Assembly: GCA_964425555.1 (NCBI GenBank)
Contig: CAYRNA010000003.1
Coordinates: 1-61,635, forward strand
Source: an uncultured Spirochaetales bacterium
GTDB lineage: Bacteria > Spirochaetota > Spirochaetia > SP-2023 > CAYRNA01
Length of the DNA: 61,635 nt
Direction of reading: 5' to 3'
The notes under the pieces were generated by a model. That model was given only the letters and a program-made list of their open reading frames with translations. It made no database searches and had not been told where the DNA came from. This document shows positions 51,020 through 59,808 of this stretch, piece by piece. The position numbers and the translations under genes are program-made. Within the stretch, counting starts at the first letter, position 1; each line of letters begins with the position of its first letter.

Positions 51020-52450
51020 AGAAATCGTAAACACTGCACCTATATCATCCTTGTAGGGACTGTCGACTCGAACCCTCCCTTGAATGAATTTGGTGTTCAC
51101 TTCAACGATGCTGAGTCCTAAGCCATAACCTGGACTAGAACGACTCTGCTCATCTCTATAGAGTTTCTGCCAGATGAGCGCTTGTTTTTCAACAGGAATG
51201 CTAGGGCCTAAATTGGCTATGCTTATCTCTACTCTGTCTTCTACTTGCTTCAAGGTAAAATCGATATCAGTATTAGGGGGGCTAAATTTAATGGCATTAT
51301 CCAATAAATTCCCCAAAGCTTGATTCAATTTGATAGCATCACTGTCAATAAACACATCTTCAACGATTTGCAATTTTATCTGAATATCCTTTTCATCAGC
51401 TAGGATTTGATAAAATTCATGTAATTCGACTAAAAAACTACTGAGATTAAAATGTGTAGGAGTAAATGTGACGAGCGAATACTCTGTTGCCGTAACTTCC
51501 AATATATTGTCAAACATTGTATTAATGAAGGCTAAGGTTTCCAATGACTCAAGTAAGATCTGCTCAATGGGTCCCTCTTCCTTTGTCTGAGTCTCTTTCT
51601 CACGATCATTGAACAATATCAGTTGCTTCTCCAACTTTGCCTGTAATATAGACAATGGAGTTTTTAAGTCATGACTAATATTGCTAAGATTTCTTTTGAG
51701 ACCTTGAAACAATTCTTCTAATTTATCCAATACGATATTAATTCTTTCCGTTGCAATCACAACTCTGGTATCATATTGATAACTTAATTTAATGCGTCTT
51801 GACACATCTCTCGTTTGAGAAATAAGATCCAATTGTTGCCGAAAATCTCTTATTGGTACAATAACAACATAGCGCACATATAGAATGACAACTAAAAAAA
51901 CAAATGCCATAGCTAACAATATTTGTCTAAAGAAAGTTCTTTTTGAAGCACTTTCGTGTTTATAAAATGCATTAGCTATACCTATCTCAAGTTTATATTT
52001 CTTGTATACGGTAATATTCTTAACCGCAAATGATCTATCGCCAATCTTTATATCTATGCCATTAGGAACAGGTTTAGCTGTAGAGAAGGCTTCTTGGAAT
52101 GCATAAGCACCATATTTCCATTGTTTGGGAAGAAAGGAAAAGACTAGCTTTTCATCATCATCATACAAACGTATAAAATGTAATATGGGCATTTGTTCAT
52201 TTAAGTGTTCTAATAAGCCAAGATATTCATTAAAATTAATATGCTTTTTTGTAGGAGCAAAATAAGAAAGCAATAAGCTATCTAGCTTATTATTCATATA
52301 AGATTGATCAGATTTTAAATCGTAGAAAAAAGCGTAAGAAAGAAATCCAAAGAGAATTCCCCCTGCTAAAAATGCTTCAAGTAAAAACAATTTCCAGTTG
52401 ATATTCTTCTGTGCCTGTAAATCACTTTTCTTTGAACACATAACCAACAC
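51002..52450 (-). CDS. sensor histidine kinase (two TM segments, HisKA + HATPase_c)
   Basis: H-box [11 protein letters not shown]-box [10 protein letters not shown]-box GYGLGLSIV. Confidence 0.85.
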   Translation of the reverse strand: MLVMCSKKSDLQAQKNINWKLFLLEAFLAGGILFGFLSYAFFYDLKSDQSYMNNKLDSLLLSYFAPTKKHINFNEYLGLLEHLNEQMPILHFIRLYDDDEKLVFSFLPKQWKYGAYAFQEAFSTAKPVPNGIDIKIGDRSFAVKNITVYKKYKLEIGIANAFYKHESASKRTFFRQILLAMAFVFLVVILYVRYVVIVPIRDFRQQLDLISQTRDVSRRIKLSYQYDTRVVIATERINIVLDKLEELFQGLKRNLSNISHDLKTPLSILQAKLEKQLILFNDREKETQTKEEGPIEQILLESLETLAFINTMFDNILEVTATEYSLVTFTPTHFNLSSFLVELHEFYQILADEKDIQIKLQIVEDVFIDSDAIKLNQALGNLLDNAIKFSPPNTDIDFTLKQVEDRVEISIANLGPSIPVEKQALIWQKLYRDEQSRSSPGYGLGLSIVEVNTKFIQGRVRVDSPYKDDIGAVFTISLKNVL

Positions 52451-53099
52451 CTCTTATGGTGTGAATAAGCTTAGGCTCATAGTCCTTATCTATGCGTTTT
52501 CTCAGTCTCGCAACAAGTACGTCAACCACATTGGTTTGTGGGTTAAAATTATAATTCCAAATGCGTTCTATGATGAGTGTTTTTGTTAGCACCTGTCCGT
52601 TATTTCTCATAAAATATTCTAAAAGAGCAAACTCTTTAGGCTGCAATTCTATGATATCTTCATTACGTGTCACTTGCCTTGTCAGATGATCTAGCACAAC
52701 GCCATAATGTTCAATTTTTAGGGTGGGATTCTTCTGCCTTCCCGAGCGTCGTAGCAATGTATCAACCCTTACTTTCAACTCTGCAAAAGAAAAAGGTTTG
52801 ACCATGTAGTCATCTCCACCTATCTCTAAGCCCTTGATCCTTTCTTCCGTACTCGATTTAGCGCTCAAAAATAATATGGGCATGAATTTATTTTCTTCTC
52901 TAATCTTCTTTACCAAAGATAAACCGTCTAAATGTGGTAGCATAATATCAGAAATGATCAGATCGTAGTCTTGCGTTTGCACTAAACTCAAGGCAAAGTC
53001 TCCCCTATCAACACTGTCCACCTGAAAACCAAATTCTTTGAGGCCTGTTTCTATAAACAATGCAAGGTCTTTATTGTCTTCAACGAGAAGTATTTTCAT
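52422..53099 (-). CDS. OmpR-family response regulator
   Basis: MKILLVEDN, receiver Asp in LIISDIMLP, winged-helix C-terminus (RGVGYVF). ATG 53099 preferred over 53114. Confidence 0.9.
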   Translation of the reverse strand: MKILLVEDNKDLALFIETGLKEFGFQVDSVDRGDFALSLVQTQDYDLIISDIMLPHLDGLSLVKKIREENKFMPILFLSAKSSTEERIKGLEIGGDDYMVKPFSFAELKVRVDTLLRRSGRQKNPTLKIEHYGVVLDHLTRQVTRNEDIIELQPKEFALLEYFMRNNGQVLTKTLIIERIWNYNFNPQTNVVDVLVARLRKRIDKDYEPKLIHTIRGVGYVFKEK

Positions 53100-53709
53100 T
53101 TTTAAGTCCTTCAATATAAAGAATTAATGCTTTGAGTGAATTGTGAGATGTAAAATTATTTTCCAAAACAGAACGAATGATCAAAGATGTTATCATAGTA
53201 ACAAGGATGCGAGTTTGCATACCAATGTCTGATAAGCTCAGTTCTTCATTTAATACAGCCATTTTAAGTTGTAAATAAAACAATCGATGAACAATAAAGA
53301 ATCGTTTACGTAACTCTGCTTGAATTATTTTTTGATTGCCCCTAGAATCGTACCAGTACATGATAAGACCTGTAATAATGCCTTTTTGATCGAGGACGCC
53401 AGCAATAATTGCCTCAGAGGCGTTTTTGAGTCTATCACATATACTCAAATCTTTATTCATAATTTGTTCATGATAGCTCTTTTCAATAATGTCAAAAATA
53501 CAGCTCACGGCATAAATAAACACGTCACCTTTATCACGGAATAAACGGTACAAGGTTGAACGCGTAACGCCACACTTATCAGCGAGATCGGTGAGTTTAA
53601 AGCTCTCAAGACCCATGTCGTTAACATATTCAATAGCACTTTTAGCTATAGAGATTTTTAGTTCTGTAAAATTATCTTTTTCCACCACACATACCAAGTA
53701 GTTTCTCAT
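53080..53709 (-). CDS. TetR-family transcriptional regulator
   Basis: N-terminal HTH FKLTDLADKCGVTRSTLYRLF. ATG 53709 preferred over TTG 53718. Its 3' end overlaps the response-regulator start. Confidence 0.8.
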   Translation of the reverse strand: MRNYLVCVVEKDNFTELKISIAKSAIEYVNDMGLESFKLTDLADKCGVTRSTLYRLFRDKGDVFIYAVSCIFDIIEKSYHEQIMNKDLSICDRLKNASEAIIAGVLDQKGIITGLIMYWYDSRGNQKIIQAELRKRFFIVHRLFYLQLKMAVLNEELSLSDIGMQTRILVTMITSLIIRSVLENNFTSHNSLKALILYIEGLKNENTSR

Positions 53710-53747
53710 ATAATACAATATTTTGCTTCTTTTAGAAGTTGAAAAAT

Positions 53748-53785
53748 ATCATTTAAAAAACTTTGTCATTCCTAATTTAAATGAT
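53748..53785. repeat. 10-bp inverted repeat ATCATTTAAA / TTTAAATGAT with an 18-nt spacer
   Basis: Arms at 53748-53757 and 53776-53785, 40-75 nt upstream of the TetR start. It brackets a -35-like ATGACA on the minus strand. Confidence 0.5.
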
Positions 53786-53870
53786 CTCCAACAATTATAA
53801 ACAAATTGAATATAATATTCACCACTATATAAAGAATAAAATAGAGAGTGCAGAAAAATTAAACGATAAC

Positions 53871-53904
53871 AAAATAAACATATTTTATAAAATATGTTTA
53901 TTTT
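53871..53904. repeat. perfect 34-bp palindrome (candidate operator or hairpin)
   Basis: AAAATAAACATATTTTA|TAAAATATGTTTATTTT; all 17 position pairs checked as complementary. It ends 3 nt before a -35-like TTGTCA. Confidence 0.9.
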
Positions 53905-53907
53905 TAC

Positions 53908-53935
53908 TTGTCAAAACCCTAATTTTTAATATACT
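53908..53935 (+). promoter_or_regulatory. sigma70-like promoter with no downstream ORF
   Basis: TTGTCA (53908-53913), 16-nt spacer, TATACT (53930-53935). Confidence 0.35.
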
Positions 53936-54018
53936 AATTTTTGTACTTGGTACGAAAAAACAATAATCAAAAAAGAGTGTCATAACTCGTACAGTTATTG
54001 TTAATATAGTTTTTTTTT

Positions 54019-54059
54019 AGTCCTCAGGGTTTTTCCTCCTTTTCCTTGGGGACTTTTTT
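54019..54059 (+). terminator. plus-strand rho-independent terminator
   Basis: 11-bp stem 54019-54029 / 54044-54054, including two G-U pairs that would be A-C mismatches on the minus strand. 14-nt loop, then TTTTTT (54054-54059). Confidence 0.55.
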
Positions 54060-54174
54060 CTTATAACTACTTTTTATTCCCTAATTTTTATATATTAATA
54101 AAGCCATAAAACAGTGCTTAACGTTGACTCACAGAGTCTATAGTATCTTACGCAAGCAAAAGTCCCAAACCTAG

Positions 54175-55071
54175 TTAAAAACGGACCTTATTGCGGCTAT
54201 TTTCTGATAAGCTCAATAAGTCTGGTCTATATTCAAAGTGCATATTATCGTAATAACGCCATTTACCGCCCCAGATAAAACCGTTTTCTTCAAATACTTT
54301 AACAATTTTATCCGAAATTAACCAGCGCTTAGAATACGGTGTCGTATACCAATTGGGATCAAGATCCTTTACCCATAACCAATAAGAATACTTGTTCATA
54401 TAGCTTTCTGGTAGCAGGTCTATAGCCGCACCATAGCTATGGAAACTTTTTGACTGAGAGGATGCCATGTCACGCCAATAGAAGCCACTGACACTGCTTA
54501 GACTATCAAAAAAGAGGGATATTTCAGGAGAATCCTTGGACATATCCTTAAGTGTCCTTTCAATACGACGCAAAGGAGCAACAAGTCGCCTATGAATTTT
54601 CACCCAATGACCCATAAAAAGTACTTCCTCTAAAAATGGCACTATCTGATTGTAACTTTCTCCATCATAGATCATATCGAAAAAAACAGGGCTACGTACT
54701 TTATTTTCTCTTTCACTAATGAATTTATCCATATCCGCACTTGGAGGAGTGAGAACGGGTAAATTGTTAGGATAATAGTAGATAGCATTTGAGCGAAATT
54801 GCTGCCAATTATCATAGTCATCTTCTGTGAGTATTCTACGATTAATCAAATACAACCATTTATCACTGACTTTCACACCAATACGATTCTGATCTGTCCG
54901 TATCGCCGTAACTTTGGCTGGATAAGCTTGCGCTAAAGCAAGGGCAATCTCATAATCAGAAGGATTAAAGGATTCTTCTGATTCATTTTGCAGTTGTGAT
55001 ATCAAAAAAAGCACAGCAAGAATGATGGCTAATATTCCAAGAGATGGTTTAAAAAAATAAGTATGATCCAT
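54175..55071 (-). CDS. M15-family metallopeptidase (VanY / D-Ala-D-Ala carboxypeptidase-like) with an N-terminal TM anchor
   Basis: SFHSYGAAIDL and WGGKWRYYDNMHFEY zinc-ligand motifs. Confidence 0.7.
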   Translation of the reverse strand: MDHTYFFKPSLGILAIILAVLFLISQLQNESEESFNPSDYEIALALAQAYPAKVTAIRTDQNRIGVKVSDKWLYLINRRILTEDDYDNWQQFRSNAIYYYPNNLPVLTPPSADMDKFISERENKVRSPVFFDMIYDGESYNQIVPFLEEVLFMGHWVKIHRRLVAPLRRIERTLKDMSKDSPEISLFFDSLSSVSGFYWRDMASSQSKSFHSYGAAIDLLPESYMNKYSYWLWVKDLDPNWYTTPYSKRWLISDKIVKVFEENGFIWGGKWRYYDNMHFEYRPDLLSLSENSRNKVRF

Positions 55072-55081
55072 TGCTATATTA

Positions 55082-55831
55082 CTATAATAAAGTTGCGAAA
55101 CTTTTTACATGCTTTATTATTGATTTTCTAAAATAAAACCAATTATGTTTGCCTTCTTCATCATAAAAATGGTGAGGAATATTTAATTCAAGCAAATCCT
55201 TGCGAAAAACATAATTTGCTTGTGCTAAATGATCGGATTTGCCACAATCAAAAATAAAGTTAAAATTAGATTTTAGAAAATTTTCTATCAATGCATGGCA
55301 AGAATAATTTTCTAGAATTTCTTTGTCGTTTAAGGAAGCGCCAAGGAGATTTTCTATGCTGAGTGGATTAAGAGATGCTCTCAGATCCAACGCTCCCGCA
55401 CAAGAACCCACAAATTCATATAGTTCAGGATGGGCTAAAGCCAAATAAACGGCACCATGGCCTCCCATACTTATTCCTGTTATGCCACGGTGCTTGCGCT
55501 GAGGAGAAACGTGATAATGTTTTTCGACAAAGAGACGTACATCTTGCGTAATGTAAGTGGCAAAATATGATTCATGGACGGGGCTGTCAAAATACCAGCT
55601 ATTTTCTGCTTCAGGTGTGATGATAAGAATATTATATTCGTCGGCCCATTGCTGTAATTCGGGGCATTTTTCTAACCACGTATTATAATGATTGTCGTAA
55701 CCGTGCAATAAATATAAACTGGCATAAAGTTCACCGTTTGTATGATAATTTTGCGGCTTAATGACGCAGGCATTAAACGATTTATCCATGAGACTGGCAG
55801 GAATGACTACTTTATCAACAGAATCATGCAT
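55082..55831 (-). CDS. esterase-D-family serine hydrolase
   Basis: LLHGY, GISMGGHGA nucleophile elbow, C-terminal HNW region. Confidence 0.75.
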   Translation of the reverse strand: MHDSVDKVVIPASLMDKSFNACVIKPQNYHTNGELYASLYLLHGYDNHYNTWLEKCPELQQWADEYNILIITPEAENSWYFDSPVHESYFATYITQDVRLFVEKHYHVSPQRKHRGITGISMGGHGAVYLALAHPELYEFVGSCAGALDLRASLNPLSIENLLGASLNDKEILENYSCHALIENFLKSNFNFIFDCGKSDHLAQANYVFRKDLLELNIPHHFYDEEGKHNWFYFRKSIIKHVKSFATLL

Positions 55832-55849
55832 GAAATTTATTCATTCCTG

Positions 55850-56869
55850 TTAGATTTTGAGCCCAGAAAGAAAACATTCTTTAAATTCTATTAATTGATC
55901 TTGCCACTGTGGATAAACCGTGACGGCTTTCATCAGAGTTTCTTCAATTTTAGTCGCTGTAAATAATGTTGATTTGAGGATTTCACAGAGAAGCTCAATA
56001 AAATCGACATCAAGCGCATCAGAATAAATAGTGACCTCATTGATGAGACCTTTTTCTACATTTATTTTCATATCCAATAGGCCAAAACTGACTTTCATTT
56101 GCAATTCTGTGGTGAACTCAGGCGTTTTGCCGTATTGCCATTTTTCATCTTTGTAAAGAGCGATGGTTTCTTCGAGATCCTGTGCTTTTTTACTATCAAC
56201 AAAGGAAAAATCGCTGACATTTTTTTCGCAAGAATAATAATCAGAATACGCCTGCAATAAGGTTTCACTCAACAGGCTATAATCTAGCGTAGGCAAACAT
56301 TCGACAAGGTTAATCACACGACTTCTCACAGAGTCTATGCCTTTAGATTCTATCTTGAGAGGAGCGGGCGTCAGTACTTCTTGCAAGCGCGCTAAATCAA
56401 CATGTGTCAACAAGGTTCCGTGATGCAATAAATGCCCTTTTTCTTCTTTGAAGGCACTGCCCGAAAACTTTTTGCCATCAACTTCTATGTCATTGCGTCC
56501 TGACGCCACAGCTTCTATGCCGAGCAAATGCATAGCGTTAAGAATAATTTGATTGTTGGTTTCTTTGAAGTGGCTCAGATTTGTTCTATGAGACGAATAA
56601 GTAATAAATGTAAAATTGGTATTACCCAAATCGTGATAAACCGCTCCCCCCCCCGTGGGTCTACGAGCAAGGAGAATATTATGCTTTTTAAGCACTTCTA
56701 AGTCTATTTCTTTATAGGGATTTTGATGCTTACCAATGACCACCACGGGTGCATTTTGCCATAAATAAAATATGGATTCGCCCTCTTTGATATTATCAAA
56801 GAGAACCTTTTCCATAGCTAAATTTTTGTGAGGGTCATTTTCTTTAGAAATGTAGATATGGTGTTGCAT
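55850..56869 (-). CDS. lplA: lipoate-protein ligase A
   Basis: LARRPTGGGAVYHDLGN and KFSGSAF motifs, 339 aa. Confidence 0.9.
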   Translation of the reverse strand: MQHHIYISKENDPHKNLAMEKVLFDNIKEGESIFYLWQNAPVVVIGKHQNPYKEIDLEVLKKHNILLARRPTGGGAVYHDLGNTNFTFITYSSHRTNLSHFKETNNQIILNAMHLLGIEAVASGRNDIEVDGKKFSGSAFKEEKGHLLHHGTLLTHVDLARLQEVLTPAPLKIESKGIDSVRSRVINLVECLPTLDYSLLSETLLQAYSDYYSCEKNVSDFSFVDSKKAQDLEETIALYKDEKWQYGKTPEFTTELQMKVSFGLLDMKINVEKGLINEVTIYSDALDVDFIELLCEILKSTLFTATKIEETLMKAVTVYPQWQDQLIEFKECFLSGLKI

Positions 56870-56883
56870 AAAAATCTCCTCTA

Positions 56884-59427
56884 TTAGAATAAAGTACCGT
56901 CTTCCTGAGGTTCTTCTATAAACTCAGTGGGTGAGACTGCCTCAACGGATTCCGTCTGAACTTCAGCGGCTTCATCCACCGTTTCTGTGGCTATTTCATC
57001 TTTATTTTTAATGCGACCTACTCCAATAACAGAATCAGTGTCGTTGATGCTGAGAGTTTTTACACCCGTTGCATTTCTCCCTTGTAAGGAAATATTGCTC
57101 ACGGGAGTTTTGATCGATTTACCCAAAGAAGTGATGCACAAAATACTATCGTCATCATTGACACCAAGAGCGTAAACGAGGTTACCCGGTTTTTCGCCAA
57201 TTTTAAAGGCTCGTTGTCCTTGTGTGCCTCGAGCATGAGGAGCAAAATCGTCGAAGCGAGTCCGCTTTGCATAGCCTTTTTCAGAAATCAACAGTATGTC
57301 TTCATCGCTTGTGACCAAGGCTACACCAACAATACTATCGCCTTCTTTGAGACGCAGACCACGCACACCATAGGCCGTTCGCCCCATGACACGAATGCTG
57401 TCTTCGTGGAACCTGAGACCTTTACCAAAGGCTGAAACCAACATCATATCGCTGTTGCCTTTCGTTAATATGGCTCTGATCAGCACGTCTTCTTTGTCCA
57501 TATTAAGGGCAGCAATACCACGGCGTTTCGCATTTCTAAAAGCGTGAGTCGTAACACGTTTTACAATACCTTTTTGGGTCACCATAAAGATGAAACTTTC
57601 TTCGTTAAACTCTTCGACAGGAATAACTGCGGTGACTTCTTCGTCGTCTGCAAATTCAAACAGGGTACGGAGATGGCGCCCTTTAGAATCTTTTGAGCCT
57701 TCGGGAAGTTCATAAACTTTGACCCAATAGGCTTTTCCTTTGTTGCTCACCAACATAATGACATTGTGCGTAGTGCCTACAAATACGTGTTCAACAAAGT
57801 CTTCATCACGCAAGGTGGCTGCTTTACTGCCTTTACCGCCACGACGTTGTTCCCGATAAAGAGCGAGGGGCATGCGTTTCACAAAACCCTGGTTAGAAAC
57901 GACGACGACCATCATTTCTTCTTCTATCAGATCTTCGTAAGTGACATTGTCAATTTCTTCGGGCGAGATGGTGGAATGACGTACCGTGCCATATTTTTCT
58001 GAAATTTCTAGGCTTTCTTCTTTGATAAGACCGTTAATCTTTTCAGGGTGAGCGAGCAAATCTTCTAAGTACTTAATCTCGGCGAGTACGCTCGCTAATT
58101 CGTCTAAAATCTTCTGCGTTTCTAGCGAAGTCAATCGTTGCAATCGCATCTCAAGGATGGCTTGTGCCTGAATGGTTGTGAATGAATACTTGTTCATCAG
58201 ATTAGTTCTGGCTAAGTCTGTACTGGCACTTTTTTTAATTGTTTCAATCACGTCATCTATATTGTCCAGCGCTATTTTAAGAGCTTCTAATATGTGGAAA
58301 CGTTCTTTCGCTTTTCGCAAATCAAACTGAGAACGTCGTGTAATAACAACGTGTCTGTGGCTGATGAAATGCGTAAGAAGCTGTTTCAGGTTACACACTT
58401 CTGGCTTGCCGTTTACGAGGGCAAGGTTGTTGATATTAAAATTGCTTTGAAGAGGCGTGTAATTGTAAAGCTGATTGATAATGACTTTGGGTGAGACATT
58501 ACGCTTGAGTTCTATCACAATGCGCATACCCTTGCGGTCTGATTCGTCACGCAGGTCAGAAATGCCTTCCACTCTTTTATCTTTAACAAGTTCTGCAATC
58601 TTGATAACGAGATTAGCCTTGTTCACTTGGTAAGGAATGGCGGTGATAACTATTCTTTCTTTATCAGTATTTTCGTTTTCTATGTTGTAATTTGCCCTGA
58701 CGACAACCTTACCTTTACCCGTGAGGGCCGCCATTCTATATCCACTGAGACCACAAATAGTGGCTCCCGTGGGGAAATCGGGTGCGGGGACATGTTTATC
58801 GACGAGTTCTTCTATGCTAATCTCAGGATTGTCGATGACAGCCATGATGGCTTGCGCCACTTCGTTCAAGTTGTGCGGCGGCATGTTTGTCGCCATACCA
58901 ACGGCAATACCGTTAGAGCCATTGACCATTAAGAAAGGGAATGCCGTGGGCAAAATGACGGGTTCGAGCATTGAATCGTCATAATTGGGAGTATAGTCGA
59001 CTGTTTCTTTTTTGATGTCTCTGAGCATGGCTTCGCTGACTTTCGAAAGCTTGGCCTCAGTATAACGCATTGCCGCAGGTGGATCACCATCGACAGAACC
59101 AAAGTTACCTTGCCCTTGAATCACAGGAATACGCAGTGAAAAATCTTGCGCCATTCTCACCAAAGCGTCATAAACAGCTTGGTCGCCATGCGGATGTAAC
59201 TTACCCAACACGTCACCGACAATACGAGCAGCCTTTTTATACGACTTATTATTGCTCAAACCCATTTCGTTCATGCAATACAAAATACGCCTATGGACAG
59301 GCTTCAAGCCATCTCTAACGTCGGGCAATGCACGGCTAACGATAACAGACATCGCATAGGTTAGATAAGATTCTTTGACTTCATCTTCAATAGGTATGGG
59401 AATAATTTTGGTTTTATCGTCTGGCAC
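56884..59427 (-). CDS. gyrA: DNA gyrase subunit A
   Basis: [24 protein letters not shown] active-site Tyr, C-terminal beta-pinwheel repeats and an acidic tail. GTG start with AGGAG 7 nt upstream. Confidence 0.97.
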   Translation of the reverse strand: MPDDKTKIIPIPIEDEVKESYLTYAMSVIVSRALPDVRDGLKPVHRRILYCMNEMGLSNNKSYKKAARIVGDVLGKLHPHGDQAVYDALVRMAQDFSLRIPVIQGQGNFGSVDGDPPAAMRYTEAKLSKVSEAMLRDIKKETVDYTPNYDDSMLEPVILPTAFPFLMVNGSNGIAVGMATNMPPHNLNEVAQAIMAVIDNPEISIEELVDKHVPAPDFPTGATICGLSGYRMAALTGKGKVVVRANYNIENENTDKERIVITAIPYQVNKANLVIKIAELVKDKRVEGISDLRDESDRKGMRIVIELKRNVSPKVIINQLYNYTPLQSNFNINNLALVNGKPEVCNLKQLLTHFISHRHVVITRRSQFDLRKAKERFHILEALKIALDNIDDVIETIKKSASTDLARTNLMNKYSFTTIQAQAILEMRLQRLTSLETQKILDELASVLAEIKYLEDLLAHPEKINGLIKEESLEISEKYGTVRHSTISPEEIDNVTYEDLIEEEMMVVVVSNQGFVKRMPLALYREQRRGGKGSKAATLRDEDFVEHVFVGTTHNVIMLVSNKGKAYWVKVYELPEGSKDSKGRHLRTLFEFADDEEVTAVIPVEEFNEESFIFMVTQKGIVKRVTTHAFRNAKRRGIAALNMDKEDVLIRAILTKGNSDMMLVSAFGKGLRFHEDSIRVMGRTAYGVRGLRLKEGDSIVGVALVTSDEDILLISEKGYAKRTRFDDFAPHARGTQGQRAFKIGEKPGNLVYALGVNDDDSILCITSLGKSIKTPVSNISLQGRNATGVKTLSINDTDSVIGVGRIKNKDEIATETVDEAAEVQTESVEAVSPTEFIEEPQEDGTLF

Positions 59428-59808
59428 TAAATGCTCCTAGTACTACATATTTTTTTCAAATCAAGAATTATTCACACCTAGCTTGCAACGCATAATTTTA
59501 TGCACATTAAAAATAGAAGTAAATAATTTCTCTTATAGTATAATTTATCGTTATTTCATTATCTTGTCAATTACTTAGACTGCTTTTAAGATTGCGACAT
59601 TCTTTCTTTTAAAGCAAAAAACAAGCCTATTTTCATCGATAATGATAGAAGTCCTAATTTTCTTCATTACAAATAAATTACAACAATAAAAACCGCAAGA
59701 CTTAAATGCGTCTCCACTTTATTCTTTTGCCTTTTATTAACTATACATTATTTACAGATATCGTTACAATTTACAAAGAGATAAAGACTCATTTACGTTG
59801 GGAGCACT

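Noticed and set aside
53781-53966. 61-aa ORF with a hydrophobic C-terminus, divergent from the TetR gene
   Set aside because: It has no Shine-Dalgarno before its ATG. It is extremely AT-rich and low-complexity. It contains the 34-bp palindrome and the promoter-like -35/-10 inside its frame, so the region is more likely non-coding regulatory DNA.
59428-59808. Structured RNA or regulatory element in the gyrA-lepB divergent region
   Set aside because: Only weak promoter-like hexamers (a TATAAT at 59537-59542 and a minus-strand TTGACA at 59565-59570) and short imperfect hairpins without U-runs are present. Nothing goes beyond ordinary divergent promoters.
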